A stretch of 64,000 nt of DNA, from assembly GCA_965207735.1 (NCBI GenBank), contig OZ242296.1:2624001-2688000 (forward strand). Direction: 5' to 3'. This DNA comes from Candidatus Versatilivorator sp. (GTDB lineage Bacteria > Acidobacteriota > Terriglobia > Versatilivoradales > Versatilivoraceae). The position numbers and the translations under genes were made by a program. Shown one piece after another: positions 18,564 to 27,352 of the stretch (position 1 is the first letter of the stretch; each line of letters begins with the position of its first letter). The notes under the pieces are model-generated. The model searched no databases and had not been told where the DNA came from. It worked only from the letters and a program-made list of their open reading frames with translations.

Positions 18564-19712
18564 ATGTCATTTCCGGCCTCGGTACAACGAGCCCTGGCTG
18601 CCAAGGGCGACCGCAAACCAGACTATGAGCGCCTCAAGACGGCCCTGAAACACCAGGAACCCGACTATGTCCCCCTTTTTGAAATGGGGATCGAGCCGGA
18701 GATCAAGCAATTTTTCATGGGCAAGTCCGTCGTGGGACACGCCCAGGAGATCGAATTCTTCGAGACCGCCGGCTTTGACGCCTACCCCGTCTCGCTGAGC
18801 GTGATCAATGTCCACCTGAAGCCTGTGGAAGGAAAGGACAGCCAGACCGAAAAAGGCGCCGGCGGCGTCGAAGTGAGCAGCCACACCGTCAGCACCTACA
18901 AGGCCGAACTGGAGGCCTATACCGAACGGCACTGGGCGGAAATGCACAAAGGGGTCATTTCCAACAAAGACGAGTTTGCCGCTTATCCCTGGCCCGACCC
19001 GGACGATCTGGACTTCTCCGTGCTGGACGAGGTGGGAGCGATGCTGCCGCCCGGGATGAAGATCGGCGTGGTCATCGGCAAGGTGTTTACCGGGGTCTGG
19101 TTCATGATGGGGATGGAGACCTTCATGTTGTCCTACATCGACGACCCGGAACTCATCGACATGATGTACGGCAAGATCATCCCCCTCCAGCAGCGGGTGA
19201 TGGAGGTCGCCATGGAACACCCGGCTGTCGGCCTGAGCTTCCATGCCGACGACCTCTCGGGGAAAAACGGACCCCTGGTGCACCCCGACCACTATCGCAA
19301 GTACGCCTTCCCCTGCTACAAGACCATGTGCGATATGGCCAGGGCCGCGGACAAGCCCTTCGTCTACCACACCGACGGGGACATCTCCATGGTGATCGAT
19401 GAACTGATCGACCTCGGCATCCACGGCTGGCATCCGGTGGAAGCACAAGCCCACGACATCAATGAAATCAAGGCGCAATATGGGGACCGGCTCGCCTTGC
19501 TGGGCAACATCGACCTCCAGTACACCTTGACCCTGGGGACTCCTGAGGAAGTTGAGGACGAGGTTCGCACTCGAATCAGGGATCTGGCTCCCGGCGGCGG
19601 CTACTGTGTCTCTTCCGGAAACTCCATCCCCGAATACGTGCCCATAGACAACTACGCCGCCATGCTGGAGGCCACGTTCAGGTACGGCAAGTATCCTATT
19701 GCACTCGATTGA
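18564..19712 (+). CDS. Uroporphyrinogen decarboxylase-fold protein (MtaA/CmuA-like methyltransferase family)
   Basis: GGAGG RBS before ATG 18564; EPDYVP, YHTDG, LLGNID, GTPEEV and GGGYCVSSGNSI; adjacent to a corrinoid protein. Confidence 0.85.
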   Translation: MSFPASVQRALAAKGDRKPDYERLKTALKHQEPDYVPLFEMGIEPEIKQFFMGKSVVGHAQEIEFFETAGFDAYPVSLSVINVHLKPVEGKDSQTEKGAGGVEVSSHTVSTYKAELEAYTERHWAEMHKGVISNKDEFAAYPWPDPDDLDFSVLDEVGAMLPPGMKIGVVIGKVFTGVWFMMGMETFMLSYIDDPELIDMMYGKIIPLQQRVMEVAMEHPAVGLSFHADDLSGKNGPLVHPDHYRKYAFPCYKTMCDMARAADKPFVYHTDGDISMVIDELIDLGIHGWHPVEAQAHDINEIKAQYGDRLALLGNIDLQYTLTLGTPEEVEDEVRTRIRDLAPGGGYCVSSGNSIPEYVPIDNYAAMLEATFRYGKYPIALD

Positions 19713-19793
19713 GCCTGAGCCGGCGGCGGACGGCAGGACCCTCTCCCGCCGGCAACGGCCTTCGATTTCATACGAACAAGGAAGGGACTCTCA

Positions 19794-20549
19794 ATGCCGA
19801 TTGTCAACGACGGCCTGGAGGAAGAACTGCAGTGGGTCACCATCCCCGAAGAGAACCATCGAATTCGGGGAGTCCTGGAAAAGGCAGACCCCTTGATGCA
19901 GGACATCGCCTTTTACGTCATTGTCGGCGAGCACCACCAGACCGACCGCTTGACCCGGGAGGCTCTGGACAAGGACTACGATCCCGGCGCCATTCTGGAC
20001 GATGGGCTGATCGCCGGCATGTCGGTGGTGGGGGTCAAGTTCCGCGACAACGTCATCTTCGTGCCTGAGGTGCTGGTGGCCGCCAGGGCCATGAAGGCCG
20101 GAATGAAGCACTTGGACCCGATCCTGTCGGCATCGGGCATCGAGCCCGTTGGCACGGTCATCATGGGTACCGTCCAGGGCGATCTTCACGATATCGGCAA
20201 GAACCTGTGCGGGATGATGCTTTCAGGGGCCGGCTTTTCCGTCCACGACCTGGGAGTGGACACCAAGCCTCAGGAGTTCGTGGAGGCCGTGATCGAGCAC
20301 AAGGCCGAGCTGGTCGGCATGTCGGCGCTGCTCACCACCACCATGAGAAACATCGAAACGACCAACCGGGCCTTCGAAGAGGCGGGCCTCCGCCACAAGG
20401 TCAGGACGATGGCGGGTGGAGCCGCGCTGAGCCGGGAACTGGCCCACAAGATGAAATGCGACGGCTATGGCAAAGACGCCCTGGCCTGTGTCGAAAGAGC
20501 CAAGGAACTGTTGGAGCAGGTAAAGCTTTCCACCTCCGCTGCAAGCTGA
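19794..20549 (+). CDS. Corrinoid (cobalamin-binding) protein
   Basis: Cap domain GLIAGM..VG.KF...FVPEVL, DLHDIGKN (DxHxxG), MSALLTTT and AGGA. Confidence 0.93.
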   Translation: MPIVNDGLEEELQWVTIPEENHRIRGVLEKADPLMQDIAFYVIVGEHHQTDRLTREALDKDYDPGAILDDGLIAGMSVVGVKFRDNVIFVPEVLVAARAMKAGMKHLDPILSASGIEPVGTVIMGTVQGDLHDIGKNLCGMMLSGAGFSVHDLGVDTKPQEFVEAVIEHKAELVGMSALLTTTMRNIETTNRAFEEAGLRHKVRTMAGGAALSRELAHKMKCDGYGKDALACVERAKELLEQVKLSTSAAS

Positions 20550-20558
20550 CCGGGGAGA

Positions 20559-21677
20559 TCAGGCAACCCGGTACTTCTCGACGCCCTCCGGGTTGAGGTC
20601 GATTCCCAGGCCGGGCGCCTGAGGAATGGCCAGAGTGCCGTCCCGGGCCGAGATGCGCTGCCGGGTGATCTCATCCCGCAACCGAGTGCCCTCCTCCACC
20701 ACAAATTCCGTAATGAAGGAGTTGGGGATAGCGTTCAGGAAGTGGAGTGCGGCGGCCACGTTGATATAGGTGGTGAATCCGTGGTTGACGCAGCGCAGGC
20801 CCCGGTCCGCTGCCAGGCTGGCGATTTTGACTGCCTCGGTGAAACCGCCGCATCGGGTCAGGTCCACCTGGACCACGTCGATCCTGCCCTTATCCATCAG
20901 CTCGATAAATGAGCGGCGTTCGCTTTCCTCCTCGCCGGCCGCGATGGGAATGTCGGTCGCCGAGGCCAGGCGTGCGTACCCCCGGTAGTCGTCCGGCAGC
21001 AGGGCCTCCTCGAGCCAGAAGATATCGAACTCGCTGAAGGCTCTGGCTCGCTGGATTGCGGTCTTGGCGTCCCAGGCCAGCCCGGCGTCGATCAGCAGGT
21101 CGGCATCCTCCCCCAGCCCCGCCCGCGCCTCCCGCACCAGGGCCACGTCCGTAGCCGCATCCTCGCCCATCGGCGCCCATCCGAATTTGACCGCGTCGAA
21201 GCCCTTGTCCCGGAAGCGACGGGCTCTCTCGCCCGTTTCAGCAGGCGTGGCCCCGAACAGGGAGCTGGCATAAGCGCGTATCCTCTGGTGGAAGCCGCCG
21301 CCCAACAGCTTCCAGATGGGCAACCCAAGCACCTTGCCCTTGATGTCCCAGAGAGCCATGTCGATTCCGCTCATGGCGTGAATGGCGATTCCCCGCCGGC
21401 CGGCATAGATGTTCTCCCGATACATCTTGTGCCAGAGGTACTCGGTCTGCAGAGGATCTTCGCCGATCAGGAGCTCGCCCAATCCGCTGTTGAGAGGGTG
21501 GCAATAGGGACCCTCGATCATCCCCTTGACGGCCATGGGGGCGGAGTCCACTTCGCCGATGCCATGCACTCCCGCATCGGTCTCGACCCGGACGATGAGA
21601 GCGTCCTGACCGCTGTCGGCCAGTTCCTTGACTTCGGGAAGACGCAAGTAGAGAGTTTCGACTCGAGTGATTTTCAT
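20559..21677 (-). CDS. Mandelate racemase/muconate lactonizing enzyme family protein
   Basis: SGIDMALWDIKGK, metal ligands LIDAG / WLEE / AGEE, PGLG C-terminus. Confidence 0.92.
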   Translation of the reverse strand: MKITRVETLYLRLPEVKELADSGQDALIVRVETDAGVHGIGEVDSAPMAVKGMIEGPYCHPLNSGLGELLIGEDPLQTEYLWHKMYRENIYAGRRGIAIHAMSGIDMALWDIKGKVLGLPIWKLLGGGFHQRIRAYASSLFGATPAETGERARRFRDKGFDAVKFGWAPMGEDAATDVALVREARAGLGEDADLLIDAGLAWDAKTAIQRARAFSEFDIFWLEEALLPDDYRGYARLASATDIPIAAGEEESERRSFIELMDKGRIDVVQVDLTRCGGFTEAVKIASLAADRGLRCVNHGFTTYINVAAALHFLNAIPNSFITEFVVEEGTRLRDEITRQRISARDGTLAIPQAPGLGIDLNPEGVEKYRVA

Positions 21678-21734
21678 GGTGGCTCCAGCCTCGACGGGCG
21701 GGCGGGACAGAAATCGGACCTCTGTGCCCTCGGC

Positions 21735-22466
21735 TCATGCAAAGGCCTGGTTAATGGGTTTGATGATGAGCTCGGGCACGTGGGCTCGCGGGGGAAGCGT
21801 GGCCACAAACAGCACCGCGGCAGCCACGTCTTCCGGCCGCAAAATCTGCGCCCGGTGCTCCGCGCTCACCGCCACCGGGCGGACCTCAAGCAGGGGCGTG
21901 TCCACCTCTCCCGGCGCAATCACGGTGGCGCGGATTCCCCGATGGCCCTCTTCCAGGCTCAACACCTTGGTGAAGGCGTCCATGGCGTGCTTGGAAGCGC
22001 TGTAGGCCGCTCCTCCCAGGTCGCTGGCCCGACAACCGGCCGTCGAGGTGACGTTGACGATGAGGCCGTCCCCGCGATCTCTCATCTGGGGAAGCACCTC
22101 GGCAGCCACGTTGAAGGCCCCGGTGGCATTCACGGCCATGATGTAATCCCAGCTCTCGGGCTCGATCCGCTCCATGGTCCTTTCAACCACGTTTACCCCG
22201 GCGTTGTTGACCAGGATGTCGATCTTCCCGAAGCGGTCGATGGCCTTCCTGACCACCTCGCCGACCTGGGCGCGATCCGTAACGTCCAACGGCCAGGGGT
22301 GCACGGCCCCCTTCCCCGAGACGGTCCGGGCCGCCGCCTGCAGTCTCTCTTGGTTGCGGCCACAGATCACCACCACGGCCCCCTGGGCGGAAAACTGCCG
22401 GGCCACGGCCAATCCGATTCCGGTGGCTCCTCCGGTAACCAGGGCCACTTTGTCCTTGAGTTGCAT
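21735..22466 (-). CDS. Short-chain dehydrogenase/reductase
   Basis: Start MQLKDKVALVTGGATGIG, NNAG, YSASK. Confidence 0.93.
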   Translation of the reverse strand: MQLKDKVALVTGGATGIGLAVARQFSAQGAVVVICGRNQERLQAAARTVSGKGAVHPWPLDVTDRAQVGEVVRKAIDRFGKIDILVNNAGVNVVERTMERIEPESWDYIMAVNATGAFNVAAEVLPQMRDRGDGLIVNVTSTAGCRASDLGGAAYSASKHAMDAFTKVLSLEEGHRGIRATVIAPGEVDTPLLEVRPVAVSAEHRAQILRPEDVAAAVLFVATLPPRAHVPELIIKPINQAFA

Positions 22467-22480
22467 GGTTTTCCTTTCAA

Positions 22481-23926
22481 CTACCGTTGAACGCCTGCCG
22501 TGGCTTCCGGTAGTCCAAAACAGTAGAGGTGTCGGGTGGTCCTCAGGTAGATCCGCCCTCCGGAAATGGCAGGCGTGGCATAGGCTTCCTCCTGAAAATC
22601 GGCCTGAGACAACTGGCGCCATTGGGGTTCGGCGCTGATCACGCTCAGTTCGCCCTTCTCGCTGAGCAAATAGATCTTGCCGTCTCCCGCAACCGGAGAA
22701 CTGAAATACCGGGATTGCCCGGCAACGCGACCCACTTTCAAGGTCTTTCCCGTTTCCCGGTCCAGGCTGGCCACGATTCCCCCTCGCTTTACCCAGAAGA
22801 GATATCCGTTGTACTGGATGGGAGAGGGAACGTAGGGCAGGTAGCGGTTCTGCCTCCACAGCACATGGGACTGGGTGACGTCGCCGGTCCCGCCGGGGCG
22901 GATAGCCAGAGCCACATTTTCCACCGTCTCGAAAATGTCTTTCATTCCGTCGTACTCGGCTCGGGTGAGCTGGTCGTCCTTGTCTCGGTCGAACTGGTTG
23001 AAGCGCGCCTTGAGCGATCCCTCAGGCAACTCCTCAAGCTCCAGGCGACCGTTCCGGTTGCGGTCCAATTGACCGGCAACCTCCGCGAAGGGTTGGAGCT
23101 TGTCCCGTTCTCCCGGTTCGGCTCCCGGAGACCAGGTGGCGCTGAAGACGACTCCTCCATCGCCGACAATCGGCGTGGTGTTGACGATGCGCGAGAGACC
23201 CCGAACGGTCCAGAGCTCCTTCCCCGTATCAAGATCGTACCCCGCGATCCGCAGGGTTCCGGAAACGACGATCTGCTTCTTTCCGTTAGCCTCCAGACTC
23301 ACCGGGGTCGAAAACCCCCGGGGAAACTCCGGGCGTTCGGTCTTCCAGAGCGTTTTGCCGCTTCCTTTGTCCAAAGCCATGAGAAAAGAGTCGATGTCAT
23401 GATCCTGGTTCAACACCACGCGGTCGCCGACGATGATGGGCGAACTGGCGGCGCCGAATCCATTCTTGAAGGGACCCATCCGGCGCCGCCACAACAACTT
23501 GCCGTTGCGGTCGTAGCAAAAGAGGCCGCCCGACCCGAAGAAGCTCACGATCCGCTGCCCGTCCGTGGCCGGGCTGGACTGGGCGTGGCTCCCGTCACTG
23601 TGAATTTCCTCCAGCTTCCCGTACTCCGCTTCAACCTTCCACAGCACCTCCCCGGTTTCTCCATGCAATCCCAGTGTGTACAGCGATTCATCCTCGACAC
23701 CCGTGATATAGACTCGATCGCCGTGGACCACCGGGGAAGAGTGTCCCGGCGGGAGGGGAACTTTCCAGAGAAGGTTGCGATCGGGCCCAATGGAGGCGGG
23801 CAGCTTGTAAGATCCCGAGGCCACGCCCGAAGCATTGGGACCACGGAACTGGGGCCATGATTCCGATTGAGCCGATTCAACCGCGCAGCATAGTACGACC
23901 AGCGACAAGCACAAGAGCATCTTCAC
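22481..23926 (-). CDS. PQQ-like (BamB-like) beta-propeller protein with inserted EF-hand pair
   Basis: Signal peptide, WPQFRGP, repeated SSP...G...W units; DRNRNGRLELEE and DRDKDDQLTRAE EF-hand loops. Confidence 0.88.
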   Translation of the reverse strand: MKMLLCLSLVVLCCAVESAQSESWPQFRGPNASGVASGSYKLPASIGPDRNLLWKVPLPPGHSSPVVHGDRVYITGVEDESLYTLGLHGETGEVLWKVEAEYGKLEEIHSDGSHAQSSPATDGQRIVSFFGSGGLFCYDRNGKLLWRRRMGPFKNGFGAASSPIIVGDRVVLNQDHDIDSFLMALDKGSGKTLWKTERPEFPRGFSTPVSLEANGKKQIVVSGTLRIAGYDLDTGKELWTVRGLSRIVNTTPIVGDGGVVFSATWSPGAEPGERDKLQPFAEVAGQLDRNRNGRLELEELPEGSLKARFNQFDRDKDDQLTRAEYDGMKDIFETVENVALAIRPGGTGDVTQSHVLWRQNRYLPYVPSPIQYNGYLFWVKRGGIVASLDRETGKTLKVGRVAGQSRYFSSPVAGDGKIYLLSEKGELSVISAEPQWRQLSQADFQEEAYATPAISGGRIYLRTTRHLYCFGLPEATAGVQR

Positions 23927-24299
23927 GTTGGACCTCCAGGAACGCCGGGAAGAACAGGCCGAGTCAAACCGGGAACACGGATTGAAATCGGCCTCCCCAT
24001 GTAGCGCAAACGAAAGGACGATTATATTCGTTTCAGGAAGGTCATCAAGCCCGCGAATGTCAGAGAGGCTGTGCCTCAGGCCGATAGGCAGGAATAAAGA
24101 TACCAGCGAAAGGGAAGAACCCCGAATAAACGCGAACAGACTGATTGATCGATGGTTGATTGGGGGAGGCGAACATGTATTCCACGTTTCCTGCAGCTTC
24201 TCATACAGGTTCTCAAATCACTGTCCAAAGAAATCGTGGGGCGGGGGACAGAAACCAGAACCTGGTTATTCCAGTAATTCAACAACGTCCCCGAGTTTT

Positions 24300-25190
24300 C
24301 AGGTAACGAGTGCCGGGCCGGGCCGGAGCCGTCCCCCCGAACTCGGCCACCAGCTGCCCCAGGACGTTGTAGACATAGGTGGTGGTGACGCCGCTCGATC
24401 CGCCGACCTCCTTCCGGACCCTTCTCCCCTCTCCGTCATAAGCATAGGCGGTGTCGCTGTCGGTGCCGGTGGGGTGGTCGAAGGCCACCAGGCGGTTGTC
24501 CCCGTCGTATTTGAAGGCGTTGGCGGCCCAGTCGGCCTTGAGGTTGCCGGCAGCGTCGTAGGCGACGATGTTCACTCCCTTGACGCCTGCCAGCCGGTTG
24601 GTCCCAGCGGCGATGTCGGCCGTCGACTGGGGTGTCAGCGCCTGGTTCGACCCGTGGGCGGCCCCCGCCGTCACCCGCCGGTTGCCGTAGCGGTCGTAGG
24701 CATAGGTCTGCGACCAAGCCGTGCCGCTGCCGCTTTCGGCGGCCGAGCTCAATCGGTTCAGCGCGTCGTAGGTGTAGGCCTGGTTTTGATTGAGCGAGGC
24801 CCCTACCCGGATCCGCTGGCTCAGGACGTTGCCGTTGTTCGAGGCTGTCCCGTAGGAGTAGTCGAGCAGCAGCAGGCCCGCCGTAGGCCTCGTCCCGGTG
24901 GCCGTCAGCCCCCCGGTGGCCATGGCCGTCCCGAGGCCGATCTGGGTCGGCTGCAGGCGGACGTTATAGCGCCGCTGCTCCCACAGCCCGTTGCCCAGAA
25001 GTAGCTGCTTCACCCCTCCGTGGGGCTCATACCCGACGGCGTTATCCCCCCTCCCCCCGGCATACCAGCCGTCGATGCCCGTCTTGGCCCCCGCAATCCT
25101 CCCCGCCCCGTCGTAGACGTAGTCCACCACCCGGTCGGAGGGGTAGCGCTGCGAGGTCAGGTTCCCCGCCCGGTCGTAGGCGTAGGCCAT
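24300..25190 (-). pseudogene. Rhs/YD shell fragment 1 (no N-terminus, no core end, no toxin)
   Basis: Near-identical to about 28290-29170 of the full Rhs gene (MAYAYDRAGNL...PGTRYL), with one variant loop. Confidence 0.88.
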
Positions 25191-25467
25191 TTGGGCGTTC
25201 AATAGGGGACGTTGTTGAATCAGTGGAATTTCGCTGTCAGGCGATTCTGTCGACGCCTGGACAGGGAGGAAAAAACGGAGGGGAAATCCCGGACATAGTG
25301 GGGAACTGCTTGGTGCAACGATTCGAACGCGTATTGAGGACGAATCGTGGCGTCAGTGTCTGCGAGTTTGCCGAAGCGCTCGGGAAGCCATCTGCATCGC
25401 CGTTTTATTCAGTCGCGAACAAGAAACTGAGAAAGTTATTCCAGCAATTCAACAACGTCCCCTATTT

Positions 25468-25632
25468 CCCCCGCTGAAGTGGCCCACCTCCACCACCCGC
25501 CCCAGATTATCCAGCCTGGTCCGGGTCCATCCCGACTTGGTCCTCCCCCGGTAGGGGTTCGAGGTCCAGGTGTAGTAGCCGGGCGAGGACCCATCCGTCA
25601 GGCGCCGGTAGACTGTCTTGATCTTGATGCCC
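25468..25632 (-). pseudogene. Rhs/YD shell fragment 2
   Basis: Manual translation GIKIKTVYRRLTDGSSPGYYTWTSNPYRGRTKSGWTRTRLDNLGRVVEVGHFSG matches main-gene GIKVATHY...SNPYRGTTKSGWTRTRLDNLGRVVEVGRFSG (about 29815-29965). Absent from the ORF track. Confidence 0.85.
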
Positions 25633-26107
25633 GAAGTCGTCGGGGCGTGGGCGGTCGTTTGGGGGGGGAAGAGATCTCTCAGGCTGCCGGCCGGCCGTTC
25701 CGTCGGCAGGACAACAGATTGAAAGGGCTATTCGGTCGAAAGGGGTGAAACGGAGGGATTCACAGGTCGATGTCGGCGCCGGCGAGAGTGACCCTTCAGC
25801 TATGTGGGGCTCTAACTGGGGAAGTACACTGGGGAAGTATTCAATGGCGGTGCACTTGACTCAAGGGTGCAACCTCTGGAGACGGAAACAGGGGATGTTG
25901 TTGAATTGCCGGATTAACCTCTCTCACACCGAGTTGTTGGAAGAGCCCGGATGGTCTCGGATATAGGTTCCGCACCAGGCAAACCACTCCAACACCTTCA
26001 TCGCCAACGGATTACAGAATCGCTAGTTCAAGCTATTCCAGTAACTCAACAACGTCCCTGAATTCCCTCTTAACAAATCCACTGTTTCGCACAACCAATT
26101 GCAGACA

Positions 26108-27322
26108 TCACATCTTATCCAGAAACTTCCGGATCCGTTCCACTACCTTGTTCTCTTTAGCAAGTTCGCATTGCCAAATGACCAGCACGTCCCAACCCGC
26201 TTCAGCGAGAGCCTCTTGGTCTTGCGCGTCTCGTTGGTCGATGTCGCGTAGCCTCCGCGACCAGTAATCATAATAGTACTCATCAGCCTGGTCCTCCCTG
26301 CATTCGGGCAGGTCATGCCGATGCACACGACAAGCGTAATAGAAGATCACCTTTTGCCGGTCCGGGAAGACCAGAGCGGGACAGCCGGGAAGGTCCTTGC
26401 GGTCGAGCTGACAATGGTAGCCCATCGATTGCACGAGCTGGCACAGCTGATTCTTTTCAGGCAGCGCTTGAATCTCTAGATAGGGGGGAGTGTAGTCTCT
26501 TCGCAACGGAACAGTAACCCTATTCAGGGACGGCAACGTCTGCAAGGAAGACAGATCCTTGTCGGCCGTGACGTGTAAATCAACAATCGACACCCACTCG
26601 AGGCTTTCGCTCCCTGACAGGAATTTGAGACTCGGGAGAGGGCCACAGTTTTCGAACCGCACTTTCTTGAGACGCTTCATCGAAGCGAGGCGGGGAAACA
26701 TGCTAATTTTCTTGCAAGCATAGACTTCCAGTTCTTCAAGATTGGACAGCTCCTCAATGCCCTCGAGACTGGTCAGCTTCGTGCAGATACATAACTCGAG
26801 AGTCCGCAGCTTGGTAAGCTTCGAAATGCCCGCAAGGCTACACAACTTCCTCGAATAGATCTTCAGGTTTTCGAGCTTCCGCATGGACGCAAGCATACCC
26901 AGGTCTTCCCCAGGGTACGAATCGATGGTCAAGTACTCCAAACGATGGCATTTGTCCAGATTCCTGGTTTTTTTCGACCAACGACAGTACAAACTCCGCA
27001 ACTGCTTGAATACTCCTAGGTCAATGGGGCGCTTCAGATTGACCTCAAATGACAGGTGTTCGATCCCCTTCCGGCACATCAAGGGACTAAGATCGTTGAC
27101 GTTCCAACTGAAGACCTTAAATCCGGTCACAGAAGTCGGAACCTCCTCTAGAAAATCAAGGTGTTCGTCTGGCCAAACTGGAGAGCGCCCATCCCCATCC
27201 AGAGTTAGGGTAAGTACACCTTCGCTCTCAATCACAGAGGCAAATTCCTGCGACCAGGACTGCCGCAAAACCAAGCAGCGACCAAAACGCCCATATTCCC
27301 TGATATATACCCCCCTCCCCAT
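26108..27322 (-). CDS. Putative immunity protein: leucine-rich repeats fused to a degenerate Vsr-like domain
   Basis: LxxLxL repeats (KLENLKI, KLRTLEL, NLEELEV); C-terminal MGYHCQLDRKDLPGCPALVFPDRQKVIF...GWDVLVIWQCEL resembles Vsr; directly downstream of the toxin gene and lower in GC. Confidence 0.82.
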   Translation of the reverse strand: MGRGVYIREYGRFGRCLVLRQSWSQEFASVIESEGVLTLTLDGDGRSPVWPDEHLDFLEEVPTSVTGFKVFSWNVNDLSPLMCRKGIEHLSFEVNLKRPIDLGVFKQLRSLYCRWSKKTRNLDKCHRLEYLTIDSYPGEDLGMLASMRKLENLKIYSRKLCSLAGISKLTKLRTLELCICTKLTSLEGIEELSNLEELEVYACKKISMFPRLASMKRLKKVRFENCGPLPSLKFLSGSESLEWVSIVDLHVTADKDLSSLQTLPSLNRVTVPLRRDYTPPYLEIQALPEKNQLCQLVQSMGYHCQLDRKDLPGCPALVFPDRQKVIFYYACRVHRHDLPECREDQADEYYYDYWSRRLRDIDQRDAQDQEALAEAGWDVLVIWQCELAKENKVVERIRKFLDKM

Positions 27323-27352
27323 AAAAGAGATCCCTCCATTGCACCGAAAGTC

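Larger units (their letters stand above)
24266..26058. repeat. Five copies of a ~26-bp repeat (TATTCCAGTAATTCAACAACGTCCCC) in alternating orientation
   Basis: + 24266-24292, - 25205-25229, + 25436-25462, - 25891-25917, + 26034-26058. Confidence 0.9.

Noticed and set aside
23928-25004. 358-aa plus-strand ORF and small ORFs between the repeats (25223, 25479, 25745)
   Set aside because: Antisense to Rhs fragments or crossing repeat boundaries, with no RBS or motif support.
24266-26058. Possible CRISPR array
   Set aside because: Repeats alternate in orientation, spacing is about 115-910 bp and no cas genes are present.
26111-26464. Functional Vsr mismatch endonuclease or restriction-modification locus
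   Set aside because: Catalytic Asp and FW motif are substituted, the Vsr N-terminal arm is absent and no cytosine methyltransferase is adjacent.
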